From a virus (Duplodnaviria; Caudoviricetes): a stretch of DNA of 64,000 bases. The stretch covers positions 128,001-192,000 of the IMG/VR virus record IMGVR_UViG_3300014205_000172; one strand, 5' to 3'. Shown here piece by piece: positions 46,069 to 55,805 of this stretch (position 1 is its first letter; each line of letters opens with the position of its first letter). The notes under the pieces are model-generated. The model had not been told where the DNA came from. It saw nothing but the letters and a program-made list of their open reading frames with translations, and did no database searches. The position numbers and the translations under genes are program-made.

Positions 46069-46742
46069 GTATCATCCACAAAGATAAACCTTATTGCGTG
46101 GTAGTGTTGACCCACCGCGCTACGGGTCTGTTTCATCTGGTGCTCACCACACTGACCCCGTCCGCGTATGACGTGTCGTCCATGATTGCGTATATGAACG
46201 ACTTCGCCAAGCGTACTCACCGCATCAACAACTACGCCCTGCGTGAGTTTCTCAACACCTATGCGCCTGTAAGTGCCGGTGACTTCGATCAGCGGTTTCT
46301 GTGCCATGACGTGACGCATGAGGTGGCCAAAGCAATAGCGATCACTACAGCGCACGCTATGGGCGCTGGTAAGCTGTTGACTGCTCACACGGTAAAGCCT
46401 GCGGCATGGGAGCTGAATCTCATGGCCAAGATGCGGATGCAGAAAGATCTTCCAAGTCCTTATACGAAGCCTGTAACGAACCAGCCCGTATATAGTCCAA
46501 CGTTGACATCCGCTGAAACATCGCCCATCACCAAGGCTCAGTACGACTACATGTGCCAGCATGTCTGCAACGGTATAAAGCCTCTGCAGTTGGATGAAGA
46601 ACTCAAGCTTCATCAGAGCACCGTTGATACCTGTGATCCTCAGTTGCCGGCGTGGGCATGGGCGAAGAACCGTATTGATGAAATCCGCGAGTACGGTTCT
46701 TTGTACCTTGCGTATGTGACGTACGGTAAATATCTTTTTTAA
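46065..46742 (+). CDS. Hypothetical protein, paralogue of the C-terminal domain of 63235-63933 (degenerate GIY-YIG-like)
   Basis: Shared Y.V..LTH..T..F / N..F..P / A..G..LLTA..V pattern. Confidence 0.6.
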   Translation: MSIIHKDKPYCVVVLTHRATGLFHLVLTTLTPSAYDVSSMIAYMNDFAKRTHRINNYALREFLNTYAPVSAGDFDQRFLCHDVTHEVAKAIAITTAHAMGAGKLLTAHTVKPAAWELNLMAKMRMQKDLPSPYTKPVTNQPVYSPTLTSAETSPITKAQYDYMCQHVCNGIKPLQLDEELKLHQSTVDTCDPQLPAWAWAKNRIDEIREYGSLYLAYVTYGKYLF

Positions 46743-46759
46743 TTAGGGGTAATTATTAG

Positions 46760-47278
46760 ATGAAATATCCTGATGGCGATCCAAATCTGGATTTGACTGA
46801 TCTTCGTATCGACGACCCGTTGTTGACCGGCGTGGTGTTGGATTGGGCGCTTGCAAAAGCAACGGAAGGCTTACCGATCTTTAACATGCACGATGGTACC
46901 TATCCCGGCAATAATGCAAAGCTGATTTACTGCTCGGAACAGCGTGCCGTCATTGTCGATCTGGAATGGAAACTCTGGCACGAGGGTCCTGACTCAAGGA
47001 TTAATGGCCGCTGGGAACCTACCCGAAACTGGGCACAGCTTGGCCCGTATCTCAACAAATACAAAATCTCCACAAGCTACGGGAGCGCTGCAGGGTCATT
47101 AAACATGGCCTCCATTAAGGGTCTTTCACCAACGAAAGGCTGTGAACGGATGGAGGACGCAATAGCTCTGACAGTTGTTTATCACGCCTTCGGTAAAGAA
47201 ATCCGCGTACCAACAAAACTTCTGGAGATCCAAAAGATGCTCACAGAAGACAATATAAAATACATCCTGACATCGTAA
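46760..47278 (+). CDS. NinX/DUF2591-like phage protein
   Basis: LTGVVLDWALAKA, EPTRNWAQLGP, FGKEIRVP motifs. Confidence 0.7.
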   Translation: MKYPDGDPNLDLTDLRIDDPLLTGVVLDWALAKATEGLPIFNMHDGTYPGNNAKLIYCSEQRAVIVDLEWKLWHEGPDSRINGRWEPTRNWAQLGPYLNKYKISTSYGSAAGSLNMASIKGLSPTKGCERMEDAIALTVVYHAFGKEIRVPTKLLEIQKMLTEDNIKYILTS

Positions 47279-47289
47279 GGGGTTTAACC

Positions 47290-48027
47290 ATGCTCGAACA
47301 AATCTGCATTTATAAGTGGGAAGATCTGCTGGCTTGGATCACTTCGGTCGAACACAATTTCTGCAGCCAGGTCACCGGCAAGTTTACCACAACTGTGAAA
47401 GTCGGCGCCATGTGGCAGCACCATACCGTCGAACTGCAAGTCACCGATGATCTCCAGGCCGTCATGGACAACATGACCAAGATCGTCACCAAAATAATGC
47501 ATGCGAAGATGGTGATCGGCAGTTTGTTCATCTCACTACCGGAACAAGGCAAGGTCCTGGTAATCGCTAACCCTGAACAGATGGCTGAAGAAGAAGCCCG
47601 CGTGAACAGCACGACGTTCCGTTTTGTTAAACACCTTCCTGCATATGTTGAGGCTGATTGCCAAAACGTTACAGCCACCTCGAAAGAGGCTTTGCTTGAC
47701 TTCGGTTTTGTTCGCCGTTTCTCCGAACGCCCTGGGTTCCACCAGTTTGCGGCCAGCGGGTTTGAAACAGATCCGAAGACCGGTAAGTTATACATTACCC
47801 TGGTGGCTGAGCTTGATGAAGGCTACGAGTGGTTCGTGGTGGGTTACGTCTACGCTGACCTTGAAATGCTGACCAGTCTTGATTTCCCGCTGTGGGTACC
47901 CAAGTACCGTGAAGCAGAAGCTCGTCAGAACGAAACCATGAACTACAAGCAACCTGTGCCATTGAGCGCTCTGATTGCTAGTGGTGTGGTCAGCGTTACC
48001 CAGGGTCCCAAAGTGGCGGACGATTAA
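47290..48027 (+). CDS. Hypothetical protein
   Basis: AAGGGG SD; 245 aa. Confidence 0.8.
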   Translation: MLEQICIYKWEDLLAWITSVEHNFCSQVTGKFTTTVKVGAMWQHHTVELQVTDDLQAVMDNMTKIVTKIMHAKMVIGSLFISLPEQGKVLVIANPEQMAEEEARVNSTTFRFVKHLPAYVEADCQNVTATSKEALLDFGFVRRFSERPGFHQFAASGFETDPKTGKLYITLVAELDEGYEWFVVGYVYADLEMLTSLDFPLWVPKYREAEARQNETMNYKQPVPLSALIASGVVSVTQGPKVADD

Positions 48028-48396
48028 ATGACTGAAGTTCTGATCAACGGCGTGCGGTTCGTACCGGCGCCGATTGTTTGCGAGAATCCAGAGCTGCTCG
48101 ATTTCGAATGGGACTTCCGCGATGTAGGCAAGGCGCGCATCCGCGATTTCCTTTGTCAGCTTCTGCTGACTCTTTGGGAAAAGGGCGAAAGGTTCGACGG
48201 CAAATGGCCATGGGGTAATAGCGGCTGGCAGTGGGATTTCTACGAAGCCCTTGTTGCCGCTAAAGCTGTCGAGGGCGACATTGACGTCAACGCATTTGGC
48301 TGGGAAAAGGGCGATGGTAATCGCGAGAAGGCTTTCGATATCACGATGGGCCTGATCACCGCCATGTGTTCAACTCCTGCTGACGGTAAGTCCTAG
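48028..48396 (+). CDS. Hypothetical protein, tandem paralogue A
   Basis: IRDFL..LL..LW..F.GK.PWGNSGW motif. Confidence 0.8.
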   Translation: MTEVLINGVRFVPAPIVCENPELLDFEWDFRDVGKARIRDFLCQLLLTLWEKGERFDGKWPWGNSGWQWDFYEALVAAKAVEGDIDVNAFGWEKGDGNREKAFDITMGLITAMCSTPADGKS

Positions 48397-48404
48397 GGGT
48401 CGCT

Positions 48405-48731
48405 ATGGCAACTGAGCTAACTCACGACGAACTGCTTGATCTTGAATGGCAGTTCGAAAAAGGCGGTCCTAAATCGTCCATCCGCAATTACCTTCAAAGC
48501 TTGTTGATTCATCTTTGGCAAGCTAAGTCAAACTTTGACAGCAAACGCCCATTTGGTAAATCCTCTTGGGAGTTTCAACTGTACGCTGCACTGATTGGCG
48601 CGAAGGCGATCGCTGGGACTGTTGATAGCGACGGGCTTGTTGAAACGATATTTACTGAGGACTTAGCTAAGGCTGATGAGTTGATCGAACAGCTTATCAT
48701 CACCATGTGTAAATCCTCTGGTAACCAATAG
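48405..48731 (+). CDS. Hypothetical protein, tandem paralogue B
   Basis: IRNYL..LL..LW..F.SKRPFGKSSW motif. Confidence 0.8.
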   Translation: MATELTHDELLDLEWQFEKGGPKSSIRNYLQSLLIHLWQAKSNFDSKRPFGKSSWEFQLYAALIGAKAIAGTVDSDGLVETIFTEDLAKADELIEQLIITMCKSSGNQ

Positions 48732-48740
48732 GGGCTACTA

Positions 48741-49193
48741 ATGGGCGGTCGTGATCCAAATAAAAAACCAACGTCGAAAGACTTCTTGGGTGATCCAACC
48801 CGGATGATGGAAGCTGACTTTCGATGTGGCTACAGGGGTAAGGTCCGACGGGAATACGAGATGTTCCTTGATACAGACGGTTCGCGCAGTAAGTTTGTTG
48901 CGTATCGGGCTGTCCATGGCGGCATGATCGTGTGTCACACAATTCACCACCTGCGTCACCCAGATACAAACATTCGAATGATCGTGTGGTATTTACGCCG
49001 CGCTAAGTCCACGCCTGTACCACTCGTGGTTTGGGCGGGTAATGCGAAGGTCGAATTTCCAGAAGGTTCTCGCGATCCCGCCATGATCGAGATGACACCT
49101 AACCTCATGCAACGTCGCTACATGACAACGGGCGTGTGGCAGAAACCTCGCATCAAGCGCCCCTTCAGTTTCCCGCAGCCAATCGATCGCTAG
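48741..49193 (+). CDS. Basic hypothetical protein
   Basis: AGGGG SD; 150 aa. Confidence 0.7.
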   Translation: MGGRDPNKKPTSKDFLGDPTRMMEADFRCGYRGKVRREYEMFLDTDGSRSKFVAYRAVHGGMIVCHTIHHLRHPDTNIRMIVWYLRRAKSTPVPLVVWAGNAKVEFPEGSRDPAMIEMTPNLMQRRYMTTGVWQKPRIKRPFSFPQPIDR

Positions 49194-49201
49194 GAGGGTT
49201 T

Positions 49202-49432
49202 ATGACCATCGGTTCCCATCTCGACACAATGGAGCTTTGGAAACGAAAGCGTGCTCAAACGGCTGGCGTTACTTTACTTAAACCTGAGTCCGTTCCCAAC
49301 TACTCCGCCTACAACGCTGCAGTGGTTGAGTTAGACGCTCGTATTGAAGCAATGCGTCAGCTGCCGGAACCGCCAACTTCATTGTTGGAAGGTCTCCTGC
49401 TGCTTGGCGTTCCCGTAACCATTAAACAATAA
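49202..49432 (+). CDS. Hypothetical protein
   Basis: GGAGG SD before ATG 49202. Confidence 0.7.
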   Translation: MTIGSHLDTMELWKRKRAQTAGVTLLKPESVPNYSAYNAAVVELDARIEAMRQLPEPPTSLLEGLLLLGVPVTIKQ

Positions 49433-49460
49433 CCCGCAATACCCACTAGGAAGTAAGACG

Positions 49461-50357
49461 ATGAAGAAAATGTTCTACGCTGTCCTGGCCTTGATGGCCA
49501 TCTCGTTCGGGGTACTTGCCTCTGAACCAAAAGAGCTGAAGTTCTGCACCGGCGCTGCTGAAGGTTACTACAGCCAAATCGGCCAGGTTGTTGGTACCGA
49601 GATCCAGTCCAACTCCAAAGGTCTGGTGGTGGTCAAGTTCGTCAACACCAAAGGTTCCGTCGATTCCGCCACTCGCCTGAAGTCCGGCGAGTGCGATATT
49701 GCGATCCTGCAAAACGATGCGGTAACCTCGCGTCCGATGCCGACTGACATCTCCACTACCGATGCTCACCAGGAAGCGATCTATTGGATTCATGGCAAGA
49801 ACAGCAAGGTCAAAGACTTTGCCGACCTGTCTGATAGCGACTACAAGAACATGGGCGTTGCCATTGTTGACGGCTCCGGCGCTGAAGTCACCCTGCGTAA
49901 CTTCGGCAATATCGACAAAGATTACAAAGATCTGAACATCGTCGGGTTCAAGAACTGGCGCTGGGCCGTCAAGGCTACTGCTGAAGGCAAGATCCGTAAG
50001 GGTGGTATTGACATCCCTATCGCTGGTCTGATCTACGTTGGCCGTCAAGGCAAGATCTCTGGCGAAATTACCGGTGAATTCAAAGAAGACCTGCGCATCG
50101 GCGAGATCGATGTCAGTGCTTTCAAGAAGGTTAAGGACTCGAACAGCAATCCGCTGTACGAGACCTGCGAGGTTCTCTCGACCAACGGTATCGAAACCTC
50201 TACCACACTGAGGCCGGACACCTATTGCCTGCGCGCTCAGTTCGTGTATAACAACGCGTTCTTCGAAGGCATGGACGAAAACGATGCTGAGCTTCTTCAG
50301 ACCGTCGTCGACAAGGCCATCGTGCGTAACGTGCGTCAGGCACAAGCGGTTAAGTAA
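49461..50357 (+). CDS. TAXI-family (TRAP) solute-binding-protein homologue, secreted
   Basis: Signal peptide; CTG...G.Y, TKGSVD, GECDIAILQND, DGSGAEVT motifs. Confidence 0.8.
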   Translation: MKKMFYAVLALMAISFGVLASEPKELKFCTGAAEGYYSQIGQVVGTEIQSNSKGLVVVKFVNTKGSVDSATRLKSGECDIAILQNDAVTSRPMPTDISTTDAHQEAIYWIHGKNSKVKDFADLSDSDYKNMGVAIVDGSGAEVTLRNFGNIDKDYKDLNIVGFKNWRWAVKATAEGKIRKGGIDIPIAGLIYVGRQGKISGEITGEFKEDLRIGEIDVSAFKKVKDSNSNPLYETCEVLSTNGIETSTTLRPDTYCLRAQFVYNNAFFEGMDENDAELLQTVVDKAIVRNVRQAQAVK

Positions 50358-50561
50358 GTGAGCGTCACCGAAATACTCCAGACCTATCGCCGGTTGGTTA
50401 AACCTACCATGCTTGAGTATGCATCCTTGTCGAAACTGGCCAGGGATGTTTACAGCGAGGGTGGTGTCGTACAACTGACTCATGATAGCGCCGGTGGTGT
50501 GAAGTTGGAAATCATTGCGCCTAAAAGACGCAGGGTATCTAAAGCTACGTCCGCCGAGTAA
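50358..50561 (+). CDS. Hypothetical protein
   Basis: GTG start immediately after previous stop. Confidence 0.5.
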   Translation: MSVTEILQTYRRLVKPTMLEYASLSKLARDVYSEGGVVQLTHDSAGGVKLEIIAPKRRRVSKATSAE

Positions 50562-50569
50562 CTGTACGA

Positions 50570-50611
50570 CATATAGCCGGGGCATTGCCCCGGCTATATG
50601 CTTTCTTTTTT
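50570..50611 (+). terminator. CATA-hairpin-TATG terminator
   Basis: CATATAGCCGGGGC-ATT-GCCCCGGCTATATG plus T-run. Confidence 0.85.
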
Positions 50612-50629
50612 ACACAACTAGGTTTATTT

Positions 50630-51031
50630 ATGAACAACTTCAATGCAAACGAGATTGCCCTGATTGAGCGCTTTCGCAAACAACTGAACGACCTTAACAC
50701 TACCAGTGAAGCGCAACATGTCCTGATTAAAGAAAAGAAAGAGGATGCGGGTACTTCCATCAACCTTATGGTCCCTGTAAAAGTACCGGATCATTTCCTT
50801 AAGGAAGACGCGGATGCCGCGTTCCCGGACATTTACTTGTCTTACGATGAGGGTATTCATGAAATGTCTGAAATGTTACCGATCGGCTATTCGTTGAGAA
50901 CGCTTTCTGAACTGATGAAGATGATTGAAGATGTGGCTGGAGTAAAGCCACTGTTTATCAGACCGTCGTCGTCACCCACATCTCTGTTTATCTCAACTCC
51001 TCAAGTTCTTCTATTAATGGTGCTCGAATGA
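50630..51031 (+). CDS. Hypothetical protein
   Basis: AGGT SD; ~133 aa. Confidence 0.7.
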   Translation: MNNFNANEIALIERFRKQLNDLNTTSEAQHVLIKEKKEDAGTSINLMVPVKVPDHFLKEDADAAFPDIYLSYDEGIHEMSEMLPIGYSLRTLSELMKMIEDVAGVKPLFIRPSSSPTSLFISTPQVLLLMVLE

Positions 51032-51378
51032 ACAAAGAATTTGATCTGCACAGTAACCGTGGAGAATCATGGAATGGTTTTCCCACGTTGGAAATCCACA
51101 GCCACTCAAAAGGCCCACTTGCGGTTCTTGTCGATGGTAACGAACCCCACTTGATGATGAGCATTGTTAGCGTAGTTGACCACATCACAGAACCTCGTGA
51201 TGTAGACGATTATTCGGTTGAGTCAACAGGTGATCTGAATAGTCAGATCAACCCTGTGTGGGATCTAGTTTGGACCCTCAGATCAGGTGAAAAAATTACA
51301 CTAGGTCAGGTAACCACAGAAGTTGGCGCTAACAACCTTCTGACCTATTTGAAGGAAGTGGCTAGCAATGAGAACTAA
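51028..51378 (+). CDS. Hypothetical protein
   Basis: ATGA overlap. Confidence 0.7.
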   Translation: MNKEFDLHSNRGESWNGFPTLEIHSHSKGPLAVLVDGNEPHLMMSIVSVVDHITEPRDVDDYSVESTGDLNSQINPVWDLVWTLRSGEKITLGQVTTEVGANNLLTYLKEVASNEN

Positions 51379-51673
51379 GATCAACTGGCCGGATACAACC
51401 TACGCGATGTCTGGCATGGATACGTTTTGCGGCGGACCTTCCCATGAGGATCGCACTGCCAACAGCTACTATCGTGAAGTCAAACCGATGGTGGAACGTA
51501 TTGTCCACAACCTCGAACAGGAGATCGATCTCCTCAACGCTGAGCTCAATCGTTTAAAGGAAGAGCTAAAATCTACAAAACCACGCGTTAAGTATAATCA
51601 AGGTTCTGGCGTGTGGGAATTAGTCCAAGCCCAATGTGGTTGGAAACCCGACATGACTAAAGAAGAGGTTTAG
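51368..51673 (+). CDS. Hypothetical coiled-coil protein
   Basis: AAGGA SD; 101 aa. Confidence 0.7.
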   Translation: MRTKINWPDTTYAMSGMDTFCGGPSHEDRTANSYYREVKPMVERIVHNLEQEIDLLNAELNRLKEELKSTKPRVKYNQGSGVWELVQAQCGWKPDMTKEEV

Positions 51674-52396
51674 ATGACAGGTCAGATTAAAGTAGGTGTC
51701 GCTATTCTCATCCGCCGCGAATCCTGCGCCGACGATACTATCCTGGCAGGTATACGTCAAGGCAGTCATGGCGCTAACACATGGTGCCCTCCAGGTGGTG
51801 GGTTGGAATACGGTGAAAGCGTAGAAGCTTGCGCGCGGCGCGAAGTGCTCGAAGAAACAGGGATGACTCTATTATCAGTTTCTCTACCATTTGCGGCTAC
51901 TGACGACATCGTTGATGGTACCCAGTGGATTACGCTATGGGTCAAGGCTACTGTTGCCGATGATGCAATGCCTAAGCTGATGGAGCCAGACAAATGCAGT
52001 GTGTGGGATTGGCATTGTTTGTTCCAAGTTCCAACACCTCACTTCAGACCGTTTACACTCCTGTTGAAACAAATCATGGCAGGCGATAATTACGCTCACC
52101 AAATTATCACAATTCCGGCAGTGACTGACGATATAAAGCCAGGCGAATACGTATTTGCTAGTCGTTATAGCGATGCGGACCCTGGCGATCCTTGGTGTGT
52201 TGGATACGTTACAGACGTACGCGTTAAAGCAGGGTACCTTATAATCGGCGAGTATAGCACACGCGGCTGGCGACACGCTCGGAGGATCACAGCTGAACAA
52301 GGTCAGCGGATTCTTGAACGGTACCCAGCTATGGAAAATGGCCCCTCCCTCCCTTATCACAACATCGCCAAAGTCTTTGGTATCGAAGGAATTTAA
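51674..52396 (+). CDS. Nudix hydrolase (MutT/NUDT15-like) with extra C-terminal domain
   Basis: Nudix box GGGLEYGESVEACARREVLEETG; EPDKC..W.W motif. Confidence 0.9.
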   Translation: MTGQIKVGVAILIRRESCADDTILAGIRQGSHGANTWCPPGGGLEYGESVEACARREVLEETGMTLLSVSLPFAATDDIVDGTQWITLWVKATVADDAMPKLMEPDKCSVWDWHCLFQVPTPHFRPFTLLLKQIMAGDNYAHQIITIPAVTDDIKPGEYVFASRYSDADPGDPWCVGYVTDVRVKAGYLIIGEYSTRGWRHARRITAEQGQRILERYPAMENGPSLPYHNIAKVFGIEGI

Positions 52397-52398
52397 CC

Positions 52399-52959
52399 AT
52401 GCGTAAGAAAAAGATCTACCTCGGTCAAGTCACAGCACCTACCAGCTATCTTGTAAAGGGTTTTCTGGCCGGTAACTTGTTGTCTATCGAAAAGACCCTT
52501 TACAAAAAACTTGGGCGTGAAAACGTTCCACTGGTCAGTAACCTATTTGACGTATTGTCAAATTATTTTATCCCGCGAAATCCCGCGCTTGGTTTTAATG
52601 AAATTGACCCGAAGCTACTCCTTGACCTGGTCAATGATACTGCCATGACGAACTTCTCTTTATCCGAGGTGGAGATTTCATCGGCTACGATCAACGGATC
52701 TGGTTACCTTCTCATCAAGTCAAGCAAAACCTCGACCTTTCGCGGCGTTTCAATTTTGACGTTCGACGCGGAGACCGATTTGCTAAAATTGAAAGATCAT
52801 CAGTACACCACCCCTGAGTCTGAAGAGTGGGCATATTACGAGGGTGGCAAGGCCGAGCGTAAAACAAAGAGTCGCGTTAAAGAACGTGCTCGTGAACGTG
52901 AGGTCATGTACCTGCGTTGGAAATCAAGCTCGCACTTTCTCTCCGCGCTTACACACTAA
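52399..52959 (+). CDS. Hypothetical protein
   Basis: AAGGA SD; 186 aa. Confidence 0.75.
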   Translation: MRKKKIYLGQVTAPTSYLVKGFLAGNLLSIEKTLYKKLGRENVPLVSNLFDVLSNYFIPRNPALGFNEIDPKLLLDLVNDTAMTNFSLSEVEISSATINGSGYLLIKSSKTSTFRGVSILTFDAETDLLKLKDHQYTTPESEEWAYYEGGKAERKTKSRVKERAREREVMYLRWKSSSHFLSALTH

Positions 52960-52970
52960 GGAGTTTAACA

Positions 52971-53093
52971 ATGACCTCTTGCACTGTGGCCATCCACGCA
53001 CCTAAGGAACGCAACAAGCTGGATTATTCCCTGGCGGACCGGGGTTCCAAGGTCACCCACTTGATCCAGGCCAATACGCCATGGTACGATTAA
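52971..53093 (+). CDS. 40-aa peptide (not in ORF track)
   Basis: TAAGGAG SD; MTSCTVAIHAPKERNKLDYSLADRGSKVTHLIQANTPWYD. Confidence 0.55.
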   Translation: MTSCTVAIHAPKERNKLDYSLADRGSKVTHLIQANTPWYD

Positions 53094-53110
53094 ACTCTTA
53101 AGGACGGCAC

Positions 53111-53383
53111 ATGCCGAAATACCAGCCTGATGATGTCGTGTACGCCGTCCGGAAGATTGATGAGCCTGCAAGTGGGGATAGTCCGGGCGGAAGGCTTTGT
53201 AAGTTTGCGGATAAGTTAATCGTCCGCAGAGAGTCGATGCTTGACGGTAAACACGCTTATTCCGTGAGTCATGAAGGTAGAACAGACGGCAAGACGTTCG
53301 CTGTACATCCTCACGAAATTAGCTACATGAAACCCTTCATTCATAATGACCCCGATCATTACGTCTATACCTGGAAGAGATAA
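53111..53383 (+). CDS. Hypothetical small beta-barrel protein
   Basis: TAAGGA SD; 90 aa. Confidence 0.7.
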   Translation: MPKYQPDDVVYAVRKIDEPASGDSPGGRLCKFADKLIVRRESMLDGKHAYSVSHEGRTDGKTFAVHPHEISYMKPFIHNDPDHYVYTWKR

Positions 53384-53385
53384 AC

Positions 53386-53805
53386 ATGCCAATCAATAAA
53401 GATGAACAACTCCAAGTGCTCGCTGATCTATGCGGCGTTGACCTGAGTAAGACTAGTGTTATCCCAGTCACTAATCATGAAGAATGGCAACAAGGTTACG
53501 ATGCCGTTTTCAAGACCGAAGATGGCAGCATTTACAAACCTTATCGGATGGTCAGCCTACCGGCCTTGTTTCGGAACATCTCACCCATCGTTGAAGTCAA
53601 AGGTCAGTTCGACACAAAGGCGGCGCTAGCCGAGTTGGAGCGCATGTACGGCGTGAAGTTCACCACGAATGACGTAACCATTCAATTCATTGAAGGGCGG
53701 CGTATCGAGCCTGGCCACAGCTATGATGCACACATCCTGAGCAAGGTGAGTTCGCAAGTCTACAAAGGCTGTGCGACGCTTCGACTCTACAACCCAAAGG
53801 CGTAA
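53386..53805 (+). CDS. Hypothetical protein resembling a domain common in phiKZ-like virion accessory proteins
   Basis: LAELERMYGVKFTTND...SQVYKG pattern. Confidence 0.6.
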   Translation: MPINKDEQLQVLADLCGVDLSKTSVIPVTNHEEWQQGYDAVFKTEDGSIYKPYRMVSLPALFRNISPIVEVKGQFDTKAALAELERMYGVKFTTNDVTIQFIEGRRIEPGHSYDAHILSKVSSQVYKGCATLRLYNPKA

Positions 53806-53808
53806 ACC

Positions 53809-54333
53809 ATGGAACTCACCTGGTCTGATTTAGAAGGGCGTCTGGACGAGTTTCAATACCGTACAGACATCGTTGAGAAAGGCGAGGACATGCCAAGTGA
53901 TGTTTCCGTGGACTACGTGTGCGGCCATCACCTGGTTCCTCTGATCAACGTCTGCTCCAATCGTGAAGCCTACCTCATGAACTGCTACGGCCTGGATATG
54001 CGGAGCAATAAAAAGCCTTTTCCTGAAATCGTCAATAAGGTGGATCGTTACAAGAAGATCGCTGAAACGATGTCAATTAACGATCTTTCTGAAGCGGCCG
54101 ATGACGTGATGGTTTACGGTGAAGCAGATGATCATCTGTTTGCCTTCTGGATGCACCGCTCTGATCGTTGTCAAGTGATCAAGATGACAAAGGTCGTACC
54201 TCTGGCCAAGTTCATCGAGCTGCACCTCCAGCACATCAAGGAAGCCTTCGAACACTGGAACTATACAGACACTGACAAAGAGCCCATCATCACTCGTATA
54301 TCCGGCGAGATGGGTGTCGTTAACTGGGTTTAA
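53809..54333 (+). CDS. Hypothetical protein
   Basis: 174 aa. Confidence 0.75.
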   Translation: MELTWSDLEGRLDEFQYRTDIVEKGEDMPSDVSVDYVCGHHLVPLINVCSNREAYLMNCYGLDMRSNKKPFPEIVNKVDRYKKIAETMSINDLSEAADDVMVYGEADDHLFAFWMHRSDRCQVIKMTKVVPLAKFIELHLQHIKEAFEHWNYTDTDKEPIITRISGEMGVVNWV

Positions 54334-54406
54334 CGTACCAGTAACAAAATACCTGCAATATCCCTAATATGCAAAACCCACACTTGACCTACAGTAAGGA
54401 AACTGC

Positions 54407-54706
54407 ATGGAGATTTTTCTCTGGTGGATTATCCCTCTGCTGGTCTGTTCATTAACCCTGTGGTCATGGATCATTCGGGGTAGTTTGCCGGGCGCCTTTG
54501 TGCCGTCTGCCATTTACTTCCGTGTGAAACAAGTGGTTATCTCCACGGCAGGCTTCTGGGGCCTGCACGGGATGATTTCCATCTTACTGAACACCTGGAA
54601 TAGACCTTCGGAAATCAAGCTCGGTCGCGTTACCGTACGGGCACTGCATTGGGCAGTGTATCCATCACGGTCGCTAAAACATATCGCAATGCCTGAGTCG
54701 GGATAA
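54407..54706 (+). CDS. Membrane protein
   Basis: TAAGGA SD; two hydrophobic segments. Confidence 0.7.
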   Translation: MEIFLWWIIPLLVCSLTLWSWIIRGSLPGAFVPSAIYFRVKQVVISTAGFWGLHGMISILLNTWNRPSEIKLGRVTVRALHWAVYPSRSLKHIAMPESG

Positions 54707-54721
54707 CCGCTCACCAGAAAG

Positions 54722-54885
54722 GCGCTGATCAATATCAGCGCATACTGCTTCGTGCGCATACACGTCGTAGGTTCTACCCTCCCCGATGTAAATTCCATTG
54801 ACCAGTTGTGTTCCAGCGGCCTTGACGGGTTAGCTGAGTTCCGTACTGCAGGTAATGGACAGGGGAGGTATTTCTTCTTATTTAT
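54722..54885 (+). ncRNA. Putative structured non-coding RNA (rod-like hairpin)
   Basis: Nested arms TACC/GGTA, TCCCC/GGGGA, TCCATT/AATGGA, ACC/GGT, CAGC/GCTG in a ~220-nt intergenic gap; 5' hairpin GCGCTGAT/ATCAGCGC. Confidence 0.4.
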
Positions 54886-54926
54886 GCTGTATATTTTCTT
54901 ATTTGACACTGTAGAAGGATTGCCTC

Positions 54927-55799
54927 ATGGACTTGTTTCGTAACTTCGCAAAGTTTGCAACCTACGATCCTAGAGATAAGGATCAGAATAGAGCGTTTGG
55001 TGAAATCGCTAAACGAGACTTTCAAAATGCTGAAAGGTTCGTACTTCCGTTGAATGGACGCATCCTCGATAACGGCGGTGATAGCCTTGGTCAAGAGATG
55101 CGTCTTCCGTACCCTTCTATCACACTTGAGTTTGAATCTGAGTACAATCCAGATATTGGTTGGGATGATCTTGGTGCGCAGATGGAGAAGATGTCGTTCG
55201 CTAACAACATTTTTAGTCACCAGATTGTATTTGCTGAACAAGCATTGGATGGAACGATTACGGTACAACTTGCATCTAAGTTTCGCCCCGGCGGTCAGAA
55301 TGCTGGTCGTTGGACACTGTGGCCGTTCAAGATGAGTTTCTCTAACAAGCTTGGTGCTGACCTAGACGTAGTAGCAAACATCACACCTACGCGCATGTCA
55401 GGAATGGCTGCTTATAAAGACCATACCGAAGAAGAAAACAAAGCGCTTGCTCCGGCCGTTGGTCTCACTATTCTTAAGCCTGCATTTAAAGCAGTTGCTG
55501 AGTTGTTAGAGGCATTGGGCTGTTCTAATGTAAAGGCAGAAAAGAAACCCAACAAGAAACGTTTAGCTGGCCGACGTTCAGGTGAACTACCTTACGACGA
55601 TTATCACGAACTAATTGTCTACACGTCCCGTGGGGCAAACGAGCGAAGTGAAAGTATTTCGGGTGGTGCTAAACGTCGTGAGCATTTACGTCGTGGTCAC
55701 ATTCGCCGTTACCAGTCTGGTTTGAAAATCTGGGTTCAGGCACACGTCGTCAATGCTGGAGCTGCCGGTAAAGTCACCAAACACTATAAGGTTAAATAA
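54927..55799 (+). CDS. Phage protein with C-terminal REHxRRGH motif
   Basis: LRLPYPSITLEF; RREHLRRGHIRR..IWV..VN.G..GKV.K.Y. Confidence 0.8.
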   Translation: MDLFRNFAKFATYDPRDKDQNRAFGEIAKRDFQNAERFVLPLNGRILDNGGDSLGQEMRLPYPSITLEFESEYNPDIGWDDLGAQMEKMSFANNIFSHQIVFAEQALDGTITVQLASKFRPGGQNAGRWTLWPFKMSFSNKLGADLDVVANITPTRMSGMAAYKDHTEEENKALAPAVGLTILKPAFKAVAELLEALGCSNVKAEKKPNKKRLAGRRSGELPYDDYHELIVYTSRGANERSESISGGAKRREHLRRGHIRRYQSGLKIWVQAHVVNAGAAGKVTKHYKVK

Positions 55800-55805
55800 A
55801 CCACT

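Noticed and set aside
54752-54943. 63-aa ORF across the intergenic hairpin
   Set aside because: GTG start without SD and overlap with the next gene; RNA structure explains the region better.
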